Source of the DNA: an uncultured delta proteobacterium
GTDB taxonomy: Bacteria; Desulfobacterota; Binatia; UBA9968
DNA: 64,000 nt
Assembly (NCBI GenBank): GCA_963755715.1
Contig: CAVWLW010000052.1
Span: 32,001-96,000, forward strand
Reading direction: 5' to 3'
A program made the translations under genes and the position numbers. The notes below the pieces were generated by a model. That model was not told where the DNA came from, made no database searches, and saw nothing but the letters and a program-made list of their open reading frames with translations. This document shows, in pieces, positions 1 through 10,056 of the stretch. Positions within the stretch are counted from its first letter, which is position 1; every line of letters begins with the position of its first letter.

Positions 1-107
1 CCCCAGTTCTCGCACATCTTGGCGTGGATGAAATACTGATTTATCCCGGTGAGTTCTTTGCGGAGAACCTGATTGAGAACGCTGACGACCTGTTCATTTC
101 CCTTCAT
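1..107 (-). CDS. bfr: Bacterioferritin, N-terminal part (runs off window edge)
   Basis: Manual translation MKGNEQVVSVLNQVLRKELTGINQYFIHAKMCENWG matches the Bfr N-terminus (MKG...EL..INQY..HA.M..NWG); AAGGAG RBS at 115-120. Confidence 0.9.
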   Translation of the reverse strand, partial: MKGNEQVVSVLNQVLRKELTGINQYFIHAKMCENW

Positions 108-155
108 GCCGTTGCTCCTTTCGACATTGAGAGATTAGACGGAATTTAACAAATT

Positions 156-558
156 TCAGCGACCCGCACCACCCACGGTCACGGTTAACAGGGTCGCGTT
201 GTTTTGTTTGCCAACGGCCACCAACATTGTTTTGCCGTCTTTGCTGTACGCCAAGAGAGTGCTGCCACTGCGCAGGCTCATATTCGGCTGCCAGCCGCGC
301 GCGGGCATTTCCTTTTTATAGAACTCGACGATTTTCTCGGCGTCCATGTCGCCGTGAAACGACGCTTGGCCGGCGCCGACGCCGAAAAAGTTCATCTCAA
401 CCGGTTTGTCCGAGCCCCGAGCTCATCGCTTTCGGGACCGGAATCGCCACACCAGAAATGGTCTCTTCATAGGAGCCGCCGCAGCTCGATGTAGAAACGA
501 TCAGCAGCACGGCTACGGCAGCTACACGCGAAACTGAATGACAGGCAGGTTGTTGCAT
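156..558 (-). CDS. Putative lipoprotein, split by a frameshift near 410
   Basis: Hydrophobic signal ending in lipobox-like STSSC in ORF 397..606, continuing into ORF 156..395 (VEFYKKEMPARGW). Confidence 0.6.
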
Positions 559-609
559 AAGCCTCCTGAAGCCCTGATGGCCGTTGCCCTGCGAGCGACG
601 GCGCACGTT

Positions 610-1785
610 CTAGGTACTCGAGTCCGGCGGTATAGGCAATCCCAAAAAATACCAAAAAACCAGCAACGCGACGCCCACGAATTCGGGCATAGACGGCGCA
701 ATGTGGATCAGCGCGCCGCCGAGCATGCCGCCTAGGGATGAGCCGATGAATCCGAAAAAATTATAGATGCCGCTCGCAGTGCCGCGCCCCGCGGTCGGTA
801 TTCGTTGACTGAGAAACGCCGGCAGTATCGGTTGGTACAAACTGTAGCCAAAGAAAAATGCCGCGCCGCCAAGATACAGAAACAGATCGTATTGAGCGCC
901 GAACAAATAAACAGCGTACCCGAGAGTGGCGGTCAGCCAGCCGATCAAAATCGGTTTGCGAAAACGTTTCTGTTTCTCGGCACGCCGCATGTAGGGAAAA
1001 ACCAACAATGCGCTGGGTAAAAAAATAATCAAATAAACTCTCCAGAGATCCGCCCGTCCGACGCCGATAGCGGTCCAGCTCAGCGGATAGGTGAAAAAAA
1101 ACAGATTGAGCGCGAAGGAAAGCACGAACGCGGCGATGTAGATCGGCCTGAGACCGCTGTGCATCAGCATCGGCGCGAGTGCCATCGGCGCTTCGGCTTG
1201 TTCGGCCCGCCGTTCCACCGGAAACGAAGTCGCCGTGAGAACCATGGAGAAAAAGGCGAGGGCCGCGAGGACGTAAAACAATCCGGCCAAACCGATCTGC
1301 GCCGCCAGAAAAGGCCCGGCGAGAAGACCGATCATGAACGAGGTGCCGATAGCGATACCGGTGATCGTGTACGCCTGGGTGCGGACGTTCGGCCGGGTCA
1401 AATCGGCCAATGCGGCGAAAGCCACCGAGCCGACGGCTCCGGTGCCTTGCAACGCGCGCGCGAGGATCAGGCCGTGAATATCTTTGGCGAGCGCGCAACC
1501 GACGCTACCGATGGCGAAAAGCGCGAGCCCGGCGATCAGCACGGGTTTGCGTCCCCAGCGGTCGCTCGCCCATCCGAGCGGTATTTGAAAGATGCACTGG
1601 GTGAGCGCGTAAATCCCGAAAGCCACGCCGGCGAGCGCGGCCGATGCGCCCGGGTACTGCACCGCATAAGCGCTGAAGATCGGCAACATGAGAAAGATGC
1701 CTAAGAGTCGCAGCGCGGAAATCAAACTCACGGTGATGATCGGCCCGATTTCTTCTCGAGTAAAAGAGTGAGACGATTCAGTCAA
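610..1785 (-). CDS. MFS transporter (YajR-like)
   Basis: About 12 TM segments; motif A GWASDRWGRKPV; SALRLLGIFLMLP resembles YajR. Confidence 0.9.
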   Translation of the reverse strand: MTESSHSFTREEIGPIITVSLISALRLLGIFLMLPIFSAYAVQYPGASAALAGVAFGIYALTQCIFQIPLGWASDRWGRKPVLIAGLALFAIGSVGCALAKDIHGLILARALQGTGAVGSVAFAALADLTRPNVRTQAYTITGIAIGTSFMIGLLAGPFLAAQIGLAGLFYVLAALAFFSMVLTATSFPVERRAEQAEAPMALAPMLMHSGLRPIYIAAFVLSFALNLFFFTYPLSWTAIGVGRADLWRVYLIIFLPSALLVFPYMRRAEKQKRFRKPILIGWLTATLGYAVYLFGAQYDLFLYLGGAAFFFGYSLYQPILPAFLSQRIPTAGRGTASGIYNFFGFIGSSLGGMLGGALIHIAPSMPEFVGVALLVFWYFLGLPIPPDSST

Positions 1786-1904
1786 GATAAGGTGTGTGCT
1801 CCGTTGCCGTTGAAAATCTTCGGTTCAATCTACACGCTTTGGGGCAAATGGAAAGGGCTTGGCGCGGACCTTTTTCCATCGCGCGTCGCAGCGTCAAGCC
1901 GTTT

Positions 1905-2795
1905 TTACGATGGCGTTGGCCGGGCGGCGGGTGCATTGGCGGGGCGGGTCGAAGCGGGCAGGTCGACGCCGGTCGCGTCGAACGCTTTTTTGAGGCGGCG
2001 GCGAAACTCGCGGCCCACCGAATGTTGCTTCGCCGGTAAGGTCTTGAAGCGCGCCTTAATGACGATGGCGCTGTCGGTAAAAGCGTCGACGCCGAAGATT
2101 TCGATGGGCTCCAACATCACCCGGCCGTATTCGGCATCTTGTTTCAGCTCGTCGGCGACCCGGCGCATGATGTCGATAACTCGGTCGGGATCTTCGCGGT
2201 AGGAGATGGCAATATCGATGACGTAACCCGACCAGTCCAGGGTGGCGTTGGCGAGCGTGTTGATCGCGCCGTTGGGAAAAACATAAACCACGCCGGTTTG
2301 ATCACGCAATGCGATGGTCCGAAAAGTGACCGCCTCCACCAGCCCGGCCGTGCCGTTGATAATCGCCGAATCACCGACGCGAATCTGATTTTCCAATATC
2401 AGAAAAAAGCCGCTCACCAAGTCGCGCACTAAATGCTGCGCGCCAAACCCGACGGCGAGGCCGACGACGCCGGCGCCGGCGAGGATCGGACCGATGTTGA
2501 TGCCGAGCTGGCTGAACGAGGTGAGCACGACGATAAACCATAAAAAGCCGCAACTGATGGTCCAAAGCACGCCGAACAAAGTCTTGACGCGCTTTGCTGC
2601 GGCGCCCGGAACTATTTCGGTTGTCTCGGTGGCGCGGATCACAAATGCTTCCAGCCGATAGAATGCCGCGCGCATCAATTTCATAATGACGTAGGCGACC
2701 GCGACGATCAGCGCGATCCTGATCGTGCTCTGCGCGGCGTTGAGCGCCATGGACAAGAGTCTATCAACGAATGATTCCCAGGCGTGAACGGGCAT
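1905..2795 (-). CDS. mscS: Small-conductance mechanosensitive channel (MscS/YbiO family)
   Basis: LAGAGVVGLAVGFGAQHLVRDLVSGFFLILENQIRVGD signature; start placed at MPVHAW behind AAGGAGG. Confidence 0.9.
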   Translation of the reverse strand: MPVHAWESFVDRLLSMALNAAQSTIRIALIVAVAYVIMKLMRAAFYRLEAFVIRATETTEIVPGAAAKRVKTLFGVLWTISCGFLWFIVVLTSFSQLGINIGPILAGAGVVGLAVGFGAQHLVRDLVSGFFLILENQIRVGDSAIINGTAGLVEAVTFRTIALRDQTGVVYVFPNGAINTLANATLDWSGYVIDIAISYREDPDRVIDIMRRVADELKQDAEYGRVMLEPIEIFGVDAFTDSAIVIKARFKTLPAKQHSVGREFRRRLKKAFDATGVDLPASTRPANAPAARPTPS

Positions 2796-2918
2796 AGTCG
2801 ATTCCTCCTTGAAGCCCGCCGCGAAAATTTGCGCGGCCTTTGGTGTTCTTGTCGCAAATCTTGACCGAAGAAGCCAGCGCGGTGAAAGGTGCGGGGCATT
2901 TAGGGTTTGAGAAATTTC

Positions 2919-2946
2919 TTGACATGTCATCGGGCTAGGATAGATT
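2919..2946 (+). promoter_or_regulatory. Putative sigma70 promoter for the SBP gene
   Basis: TTGACA-N16-TAGATT upstream of a GGAGGA RBS; overlaps the palindrome TGACATGTCA. Confidence 0.45.
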
Positions 2947-2973
2947 TCGGCAACGAATAGAACGGGAGGATTT

Positions 2974-3981
2974 ATGCGTAAGTCGGCAGCGATCGCGTGT
3001 TCGTTAATTTGGCTTACAGGCTTTATAGCGCATCAAGCGTCGGCCGGTTCGGCGCCGGACAAGATCAAATTTCCTTACTCGCCGATGTCCTGGAACAGTT
3101 TGCCCTGGTGGGTGGCGAAGGACGCGGGACATTTTGACAAGAACAGCCTCGACGTCGATCTCTTCTATGAAGGAGCATCATCGGCAATCGTCCAGGCGAT
3201 GCTCGCCGGTGAAGCCAACTTTGCCGGTTTGGCCGGACCATCGGTGGTGACCAACGTGCTCGCCGGCGGCGACGTGATTCAAATTGCCGCGATAGTAAAG
3301 ACGTTCACCATTCCGATGTATTCTCAACCGTCGATCAAAGAAGTCGCCCAGCTTAAGGGACAAAAAGTTGCCGTGAGCCGCTTTGGCTCGATCTCGCACA
3401 TTGCGGCACAGAATATCTTTCAGAAAGCCGGTATCACCGGCGTCACTGTTGTCCAATCGGGAGGTACTCCGGAATCGGCCGCGATGTTGATGTCGGGCAA
3501 CGTGGTGGCGGCGATGGTGCCGCCGCCGCAAAGTTTGATGCTCAAAGAAAAGGGTTTTCGCGAGCTGGTCAGCGTTAAGCAATTTCGCGAGTGGAATATT
3601 CCGGTAGTCGAAAACGGCGTCGCCGCGCGCCGATCGTTCATCGACAAAAATCCCAACGTGGCAAAGCGCTTTATCCGCGCCGCATTCGAAGGGATTCAAA
3701 CGATCTACACGAACAAAGAACTGGCGATCAAATCTCTGGCGAAATACACCAAGGTCAACGACGAGAAAATTCTCGACGAGAGTTACCGGTTCTCAGTCGA
3801 AGCGCTCAGTAAAGAAGGCATGATGCCGCAGGAGGCATTTGCGGCGTTAGTGGAACAATTGGTGAGCCAGAAGTCGATCGATGAAGCCGCATCGAAGAAA
3901 TTGCCACTGACCGCGTATTTCGACAATCGGTTTGTGATCGAGCTCGAGAAAGAAGGCTTCTTCAAGAAATTGTGGCAGTAG
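2974..3981 (+). CDS. ABC substrate-binding protein, NMT1/THI5/SsuA-like
   Basis: Signal peptide; PWWVAKDAGHFDKNSLDV; LKGQKVAVSRFGS. Confidence 0.9.
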   Translation: MRKSAAIACSLIWLTGFIAHQASAGSAPDKIKFPYSPMSWNSLPWWVAKDAGHFDKNSLDVDLFYEGASSAIVQAMLAGEANFAGLAGPSVVTNVLAGGDVIQIAAIVKTFTIPMYSQPSIKEVAQLKGQKVAVSRFGSISHIAAQNIFQKAGITGVTVVQSGGTPESAAMLMSGNVVAAMVPPPQSLMLKEKGFRELVSVKQFREWNIPVVENGVAARRSFIDKNPNVAKRFIRAAFEGIQTIYTNKELAIKSLAKYTKVNDEKILDESYRFSVEALSKEGMMPQEAFAALVEQLVSQKSIDEAASKKLPLTAYFDNRFVIELEKEGFFKKLWQ

Positions 3982-4150
3982 AAGGCAAGCGTTAGGTTTC
4001 ACTTTCGGGTTGCAGGTTCGGGGCTTAGAGTTTGTAATCTGCATTTGAGATGTGAGATGCGGAAGGCCAGGCCTTCGGCCTTGGCAACCCGCGATTTTAT
4101 CGCGTAGAATCCCCCGCTAACAATCTGACACGGTTTATATCGATTTTTGC

Positions 4151-4561
4151 GTGATCACTGAAGCCGACACCTGTAGAAAATACGTCCTGCCGAAACTGTA
4201 CGCTGCCGGTTGGAATGACGATCAAATCAGCGAACAAAAAAGTTTCACCGACGGCCGCATTCTTGTCGTTGGCACTAAAGCTCGGCGGCGCCCGGCCAAA
4301 CGCGCCGACTATCTTCTCCGCTACGCCAGGGACTTTATGTTGGCGGTGGTCGAAGCCAAGGCGGCATATAAGCTGCCGGGTGATGGTCTACAGCAAGCCA
4401 AAGATTACGCGGCAATGCTCGGACTTAAATTCGCCTATTCGACCAACGGCCATGGCATCGTCGAGTTCGACTTTACGACCGGCAAAGAGCATCTCGTCGA
4501 TGTTTTTCCAAAACCTGCAGAACTGTGGCAGCGCTCCGAGCAAGAAGTCCTAAAGCAATAA
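4151..4561 (+). pseudogene. hsdR: Type I restriction enzyme R subunit, N-terminal nuclease domain only (EcoEI-like HsdR_N)
   Basis: EADTC..YVLPKL..AGW, RADYLL, VVEAK, QQAKDYA, YSTNG motifs; ends at 136 aa with no helicase domain and no hsdM/hsdS nearby. Confidence 0.8.
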
Positions 4562-4783
4562 ATCCGATCCGGCTCTGGTGTGGTTACCTGCTAGGAATTC
4601 CGCGAGATCGAGCATAACAATCTGATCAATCTTTAGATCTTATTGATGAGAGGGCACGCACAATAGCGCTTTTATCTTCGCCCAGCCATGTATCATTGGT
4701 GACCAACCGCGAGAAAGTTGGGGTCAGAGAACAATAATTACCATCTGGAAGACAACCCTTACTCCGAACGTCTTTGCGACCGT

Positions 4784-5857
4784 TTACAGCAAGCGGCCGC
4801 CGGGCATGTGGGGGAAGGCGCTCATTTCATGGGTGGGACCCATGGGTTGAACTTTGCACAAATAGTTGGGGGTCAGTTGATCGAGGCGGGTGACGCCGAG
4901 CAATCCCATGGTGGTCACGATTTCGTCTTTCAATATTTCGAGAACCCGTATTAAACCCGCTTGACCGGCGGCGGCGAGTCCCCAGCCTTGAAGTTTGCCG
5001 ATGGCGACGGCACGCGCTCCCAGCGCGATGGCCTTGAGCACGTCGCTGCCGCGGACGATGCCGCCATCGAGCACGATCTCGGCGCGGCCGCGCACCGCAT
5101 CGACGATTTCCGGCAGCATATCGATAGTGGCGCGCCCATGATCGAGCTGGCGTCCGCCATGGTTGGAGACGTAGATCGCGCCGACGCCATGTTCCACGGC
5201 CAAGGCGGCGTCCTCGGCTGTCGCCACACCCTTTAGAATAAAGGGCAGTCCGGCCATCTGCTTAATGGCGTCTAATGTTTCCCAAGTCAGGCCCGCGCGA
5301 TACTCATAGCCGGTGCCGCGGCGACTCGGAGGCAGCCAGCGGTCCATCATCTGCCGCTCCCGATGACCGTAGTGCGCCGTGTCGACGGTCAGGCATAGCG
5401 CCGAGTATCCGGCCCGCTTGACACGAGTCAAAAGATTCTCGACCCATTTTAAATCTCCCTGGACGTAGAGTTGAAATATTTTCGGATTGCGGCTGGCCGC
5501 GGCGATTTCTTCGAGACTGGGTTGGGTCACGGAGCTGACGAAGTTGACGGTACCGAACTCTTCCGCGGCTCTGGCGACCGCGACTCCGCCCTCGGGCGTG
5601 ATGGACTGTAACGAGCCGATGGGCGCCAGCATGACGGGAATTGAGAGTTTGTGTCCGAGAAAAGTTGTCGAAGCATCGATCTTGGATACGTCAATGAGCA
5701 CGCGCGGACGAAAAGCGAGACTGTCGAGGCCGAAGCGATTGCGGCACATGGTGGTTTCGGACTCGGCGCCGCCGGTCAGGTAATGCCAGACGTTTTGCGT
5801 CAGATTGCGCCGCGCCGCCATAATGATTTCTTGGTTGGTAACAAAGTCCAAGGCCAT
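4784..5857 (-). CDS. FMN-dependent alpha-hydroxy acid oxidase/dehydrogenase
   Basis: SNHGGRQLD, LTVD, ILKG and DGGIVRGSDVLKAIALGA motifs. Confidence 0.95.
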   Translation of the reverse strand: MALDFVTNQEIIMAARRNLTQNVWHYLTGGAESETTMCRNRFGLDSLAFRPRVLIDVSKIDASTTFLGHKLSIPVMLAPIGSLQSITPEGGVAVARAAEEFGTVNFVSSVTQPSLEEIAAASRNPKIFQLYVQGDLKWVENLLTRVKRAGYSALCLTVDTAHYGHRERQMMDRWLPPSRRGTGYEYRAGLTWETLDAIKQMAGLPFILKGVATAEDAALAVEHGVGAIYVSNHGGRQLDHGRATIDMLPEIVDAVRGRAEIVLDGGIVRGSDVLKAIALGARAVAIGKLQGWGLAAAGQAGLIRVLEILKDEIVTTMGLLGVTRLDQLTPNYLCKVQPMGPTHEMSAFPHMPGGRLL

Positions 5858-5910
5858 AGTTTCATCCCTCAGAATAGGTCTTTGCGCCTTTGCGCGATAT
5901 ATTCGAGAGG

Positions 5911-6693
5911 CTAGGAGAAGAACGAATCACGGATTTTCTGAAGCCATGGATCATCGGCGATCAGGCGTGAGAAGTTTGCCTGAACCAGCGATTCGACGTG
6001 GTCCGGTGTTGATTGTCTCAGCTCGGCGAGCGCGTTGACGACATCTTTGATCGCCGTCGGCATGCCGACCTCGTCATTTTTCTTCAACCATTTGAGTGCG
6101 CCGGGGTTGTCGGTTTCGGTCAGCAGCAGATGATCCGGCACCGCTTTGGCGATTTCTTTGATGTAATCCGAGTAGAGCACTTCGACGCCGATCGTGAAGT
6201 AGCAGCCGAAATCGATCATCGCGCGCAACATGTCCATCGGCCCCGAGTACCAATGGATGATGGCGCGGCGCACGTCGTACTTTTCCAATAGATCGAGAAT
6301 TTCTTTTTCGCCGGCTTTGGTGTGCAGGTTGACGAACTTGTTCTGTTCGGCGGCGGCGGCGATGAAATATTCCAGGACTTTTCTTTGCGCCGGATAAGTC
6401 GAAGTATCTTTGACCCAGTGAAAGTCGAGACCGATCTCGCCGATGGCCGGGCTCGTTTCGATGTGACGGCCGATCTCAGGCAGTCGATTCGCATATTCGG
6501 CGGCGCGGCGGGGATGAATGCCGAAAGTCGGCAAAACCAGATTCGAGCGTTCGCCGATTTTTTGCAGCTCCAGATACGACGGCACGTCCATCGCCGTCGC
6601 GACGGTAAAGATGCGTTCGTTCTTCGATTTCTTTCAGGGCGTCGTCGAGCGATCGCCGTATTTATCCAAGTGGACGTGAGCATCGATAAGCAT
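5911..6693 (-). CDS. tatD: TatD family hydrolase/DNase (compensating indels near 6630-6650)
   Basis: MLIDAHVHLD at 6693, in frame with FGIHP, IGEIGLDF, IIHWYSG, LLTETD; the intervening TGA is best explained by paired indels. Confidence 0.85.
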
Positions 6694-6795
6694 GTTTAGA
6701 ACCTCAGCCTCCGCCTCTCGTAATGGGAGAGGGGAAATATTCGGTCTTGCTCGTCGTTGACACTGACATCTTTCTTGCGGGCGGTTCAAGAACGC

Positions 6796-7986
6796 TCATA
6801 CGATGAATCCTCCGATCTGCGGCGGTGTATCAGCCTTTGCATGGTAATAACAGAGTCCGAGAAAACTGACGACCGCGGTGGTGAGGTACATGAGCTTAAA
6901 GCTTTGATCCGTGAGATCGAGCAGCACGCCGAGGGATAGCGAGCCGATACCGATGCCAAGATCGTAGAAGCACTGGTACTGGGCCATCGATTGGCCGCGG
7001 CGCTGCGGCGTGGTTTGATCGACAGTGAGTGTCATCAGCGCCGGCTGCGCCGCGCCGACGCCGAAACCGCCCGTCACGGCGGCGGCCCAGAGCCACGGGG
7101 TCGATGTCGCGAACGCGAGCAGCAAGAAGCTGCTCATGTGCAGGACCAATCCGGGAATGATAACCGCACGCCGGCTGATGCGATCCGATAGCGGTCCGGC
7201 AATCGGCCGGCTCAACAGTAGACAAAACGCATAAAGGCCGAACCAAAGACCAGGATTGCTAAGGCCTACGTGAATCGCGTGTATCGGCAAAAACGTCAGT
7301 GTGCCGCCTTGGCCGAAGGAAAGAAATGCGGCGGCAATCGCCGGCATCAAAGTTTCGCGTACCACGAGCGCTTCGGTCCAATGACCGATTTTGCCAGTGG
7401 AAAGCGCGTTCTTCGGTTCGGGCACGATTTGCGAAAGAAGTAGCGCGACAACGAGCAGCGCGCCGGCGCCCCAAAAAACTCCCGGGTAGCCATAGACACT
7501 ATAAATCGCAAAGCCAGCCACCGGCCCGAGCGAACCGGCGAGGCTGCTTGCCATGCCGGCGTAGCCGATCAGCTCGCCGCGCCGGTGGCGCGGCGCGATA
7601 TCCGCCGCCAGCGTAGAGATCGCCGTGCTGCAGCCGGACCAACCGATGCCGTGTAGAACCCGGCATGGGATCATGAGCAGGATGGACGGCGCCCAGAGAT
7701 AGCCGAAGTTGGCGGCGGTGAAGCAGGCGATGCCGTAGAACAAAAAAGGTTTGCGTCCCCAGCGATCGATGTACAGGCCCACGGGCACACGCATTACCGT
7801 GGATGTGATGGTAAATACGCCGATCACAGCGCCGACGACAGTTGAAGAAGCGCCGAAGCTCACGAGATAGAGAGGCAGCAGCGGGCGGGTCAAATGATGG
7901 GCGAAAAAGAAACTGAACCGATTGATCCAAGTCAGGAGAAAGTCTCTAACCCATTTATCGGATGGAGCCGATGCCTGCTCTGCCAC
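6796..7986 (-). CDS. MFS transporter
   Basis: GLYIDRWGRKP and GPLSDRISRR motifs; about 12 TM segments. Confidence 0.9.
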   Translation of the reverse strand: MAEQASAPSDKWVRDFLLTWINRFSFFFAHHLTRPLLPLYLVSFGASSTVVGAVIGVFTITSTVMRVPVGLYIDRWGRKPFLFYGIACFTAANFGYLWAPSILLMIPCRVLHGIGWSGCSTAISTLAADIAPRHRRGELIGYAGMASSLAGSLGPVAGFAIYSVYGYPGVFWGAGALLVVALLLSQIVPEPKNALSTGKIGHWTEALVVRETLMPAIAAAFLSFGQGGTLTFLPIHAIHVGLSNPGLWFGLYAFCLLLSRPIAGPLSDRISRRAVIIPGLVLHMSSFLLLAFATSTPWLWAAAVTGGFGVGAAQPALMTLTVDQTTPQRRGQSMAQYQCFYDLGIGIGSLSLGVLLDLTDQSFKLMYLTTAVVSFLGLCYYHAKADTPPQIGGFIV

Positions 7987-8191
7987 TTGTTGTGCCGCGA
8001 ACTCGATGTGTTGGAGGGTTCATCTTTGCGGCAGGGAGGGTGCAAAGTCAAAGCCTCTAACGAAAGGGTGGCTCTTCCTGCGCGCCGCTTCATCGGGAAC
8101 GTAAATTCAAGTTGAAAAATTAACTCGTTCTTGACAGAGTTGGCCGGTCTTGCCAAGGCTCATCCATGTCTCGCGGTTAGAAAGGAACAGT

Positions 8192-9943
8192 ATGTCTGAG
8201 AAATTCACGAAAACCATTCCGGTTTCGAGCGGCGCCGAAGCTTTTCTGGCGCAGATGAAGGAGCTTGGTTCGGTGCGCTACATGTTTGCCAATACCGGCA
8301 CCGATCACGGCCCGCTGATCGAGGCGATGGCGCGGACCGCGAAAGAAGATCCTCGTGATATTCAGCCAATTGTCGTGCCGCACGAGCAGGCGGCAGTTTC
8401 GATGGCGCATGGTTATTACAACGTGACGCAAAAACCGCAAATGGTTTTGGTGCATACTCTGCCCGGCACGGCTAACGCGCTCGGCGGCATCATCAATGCG
8501 GCATCGTGCAACGTGCCGCTGTTCCTGGTTGCCGGCAGAACGCCGATCACTGAGGGCGAGCTGCGCGGCGGCAAGAGCCAAAACATTCACTGGCGCCAGG
8601 AGTCGCGCGATCAGGGCAACATCGTGCGCGAGTTCGTCAAGTGGGACTATGAAGTGCGGACCAATCAAAATCTCGCCGCGGTGGTGTCGCGCGCCTACAA
8701 GATCAGCATGAGCGAGCCACGCGGGCCGGTTTACATGACCTTGCCGCGGGAGTGGCTGGCCGAAGCGATCGAGTCGACTCAGTTGTTGTCGCCCGACTCG
8801 TTGGCGCCCGCGAGTAAGACGCAAGCGGATCAGGCGTCGCTGGAGAAAGCGGCGGAATGGCTGATCGCCTCCGAGAGTCCGTTGATCGTCACCAAATATC
8901 TCGGCCGCAATCCCGAAGCGGTGCAGTACTTAATAGAGCTCGCCGAGTTGCTCGCGATTCCGGTGGTGCAGCAGCTGAGCTACGTGAATTTCCCGACGGA
9001 TCATCCGCTCAATCTCGGTACGCAAACGACCAAATACGTGCGTAAGTCCGATCTGCTGTTTTTCATCGACACCGACGTGCCATGGGAGCCGCCCAACCGC
9101 AACGTTCTGCGCGACGGGGTCAAGATCATTCACCTCGAACGCGATCCGATGTTCACGGGAATTCCCGGCTGGGGTTTCCCTGCCGATCTGCCGGTGACGG
9201 GATGCTCGGAAGTGTCGTTGCCGGTTCTTATCGGAATCATCAGAACGAAGCTGGCGGCGGGCGCGGTGGTCGAAAGTAAAATCGAAGAGCGGCGGAAAAA
9301 GACCGAAGCGGAGCACAAGGAAATGATCCGCGAGATGGACGCGAACGTAGCTGCGGTGAAAAGCCAAAAGCCGATCAATCCGATCTGGTTATCACACTGC
9401 ATCGGCGAAGCGATGGACGACAAGACAATCATCGCCAACGAGACGGTTACTTCGAAGCTTGCCGACGTTATTCACTTGAACCGCCCGGGTTCGATGTTCA
9501 ACACGCCGCTCGCAGGTCATCTCGGCTGGGGACTGGGCGCGGCCATCGGCATGAAGCTCGGCGCGCCGGATGCGACGGTGATCGCCGCCGAAGGCGACGG
9601 CTCCTATATGTTTTGCGCGCCGACGGCCTGTCACTTCACGGCGCAGAAATATCAGATCCCGTTTTTGACCGTCATCTACAACAATCAGGTGTGGAACGCG
9701 AGTTTCAATGCTGCCCGCGGCTTATATCCGGAAGGCGTCGCGGCGCGCACGCGCAACTTTCCTGGCACAGACTTGAGCCCATCGCCGAATTTCGAGCTCA
9801 CGGCTCAAGCTTGCGGCGCTTACGCTGCGCGGGTCGAGGAGCCCGGCGAGTTGCCGGATGCGATTGCCAAGGCACTCAAAGTCGTCAAGGAAGAGGGACG
9901 GCAGGCGCTGCTGAATGTGGTTTGTCGGAATCCGCTGGCGTAG
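8192..9943 (+). CDS. Thiamine-diphosphate-dependent enzyme (acetolactate synthase/benzoylformate decarboxylase superfamily)
   Basis: Catalytic PHE Glu; GDGS...YNN ThDP motif; start at MSEK after an AGGA RBS. Confidence 0.92.
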   Translation: MSEKFTKTIPVSSGAEAFLAQMKELGSVRYMFANTGTDHGPLIEAMARTAKEDPRDIQPIVVPHEQAAVSMAHGYYNVTQKPQMVLVHTLPGTANALGGIINAASCNVPLFLVAGRTPITEGELRGGKSQNIHWRQESRDQGNIVREFVKWDYEVRTNQNLAAVVSRAYKISMSEPRGPVYMTLPREWLAEAIESTQLLSPDSLAPASKTQADQASLEKAAEWLIASESPLIVTKYLGRNPEAVQYLIELAELLAIPVVQQLSYVNFPTDHPLNLGTQTTKYVRKSDLLFFIDTDVPWEPPNRNVLRDGVKIIHLERDPMFTGIPGWGFPADLPVTGCSEVSLPVLIGIIRTKLAAGAVVESKIEERRKKTEAEHKEMIREMDANVAAVKSQKPINPIWLSHCIGEAMDDKTIIANETVTSKLADVIHLNRPGSMFNTPLAGHLGWGLGAAIGMKLGAPDATVIAAEGDGSYMFCAPTACHFTAQKYQIPFLTVIYNNQVWNASFNAARGLYPEGVAARTRNFPGTDLSPSPNFELTAQACGAYAARVEEPGELPDAIAKALKVVKEEGRQALLNVVCRNPLA

Positions 9944-9951
9944 GCGGGAAT

Positions 9952-9987
9952 TGGAGTGATGGAGTGGTGGAGTAATGGAGCGATGGG
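9952..9987. repeat. Octamer tandem repeat (TGGAGTRR-like)
   Basis: tggagtga tggagtgg tggagtaa tggagcga; same family at 61617-61706 and 14959-14971. Confidence 0.8.
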
Positions 9988-10056
9988 TGGGAGTGGGACT
10001 CCGGACTTTGACCGCAGAGAATGCAAAGCTATGGATTGATGTTTTCCGAGCTTGTG

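Noticed and set aside
6634-6636. In-frame TGA in tatD as selenocysteine or readthrough
   Set aside because: The alternative frame reads LDDALKEIE, which fits TatD helix 1, so compensating indels explain it. The position is not a Cys site.
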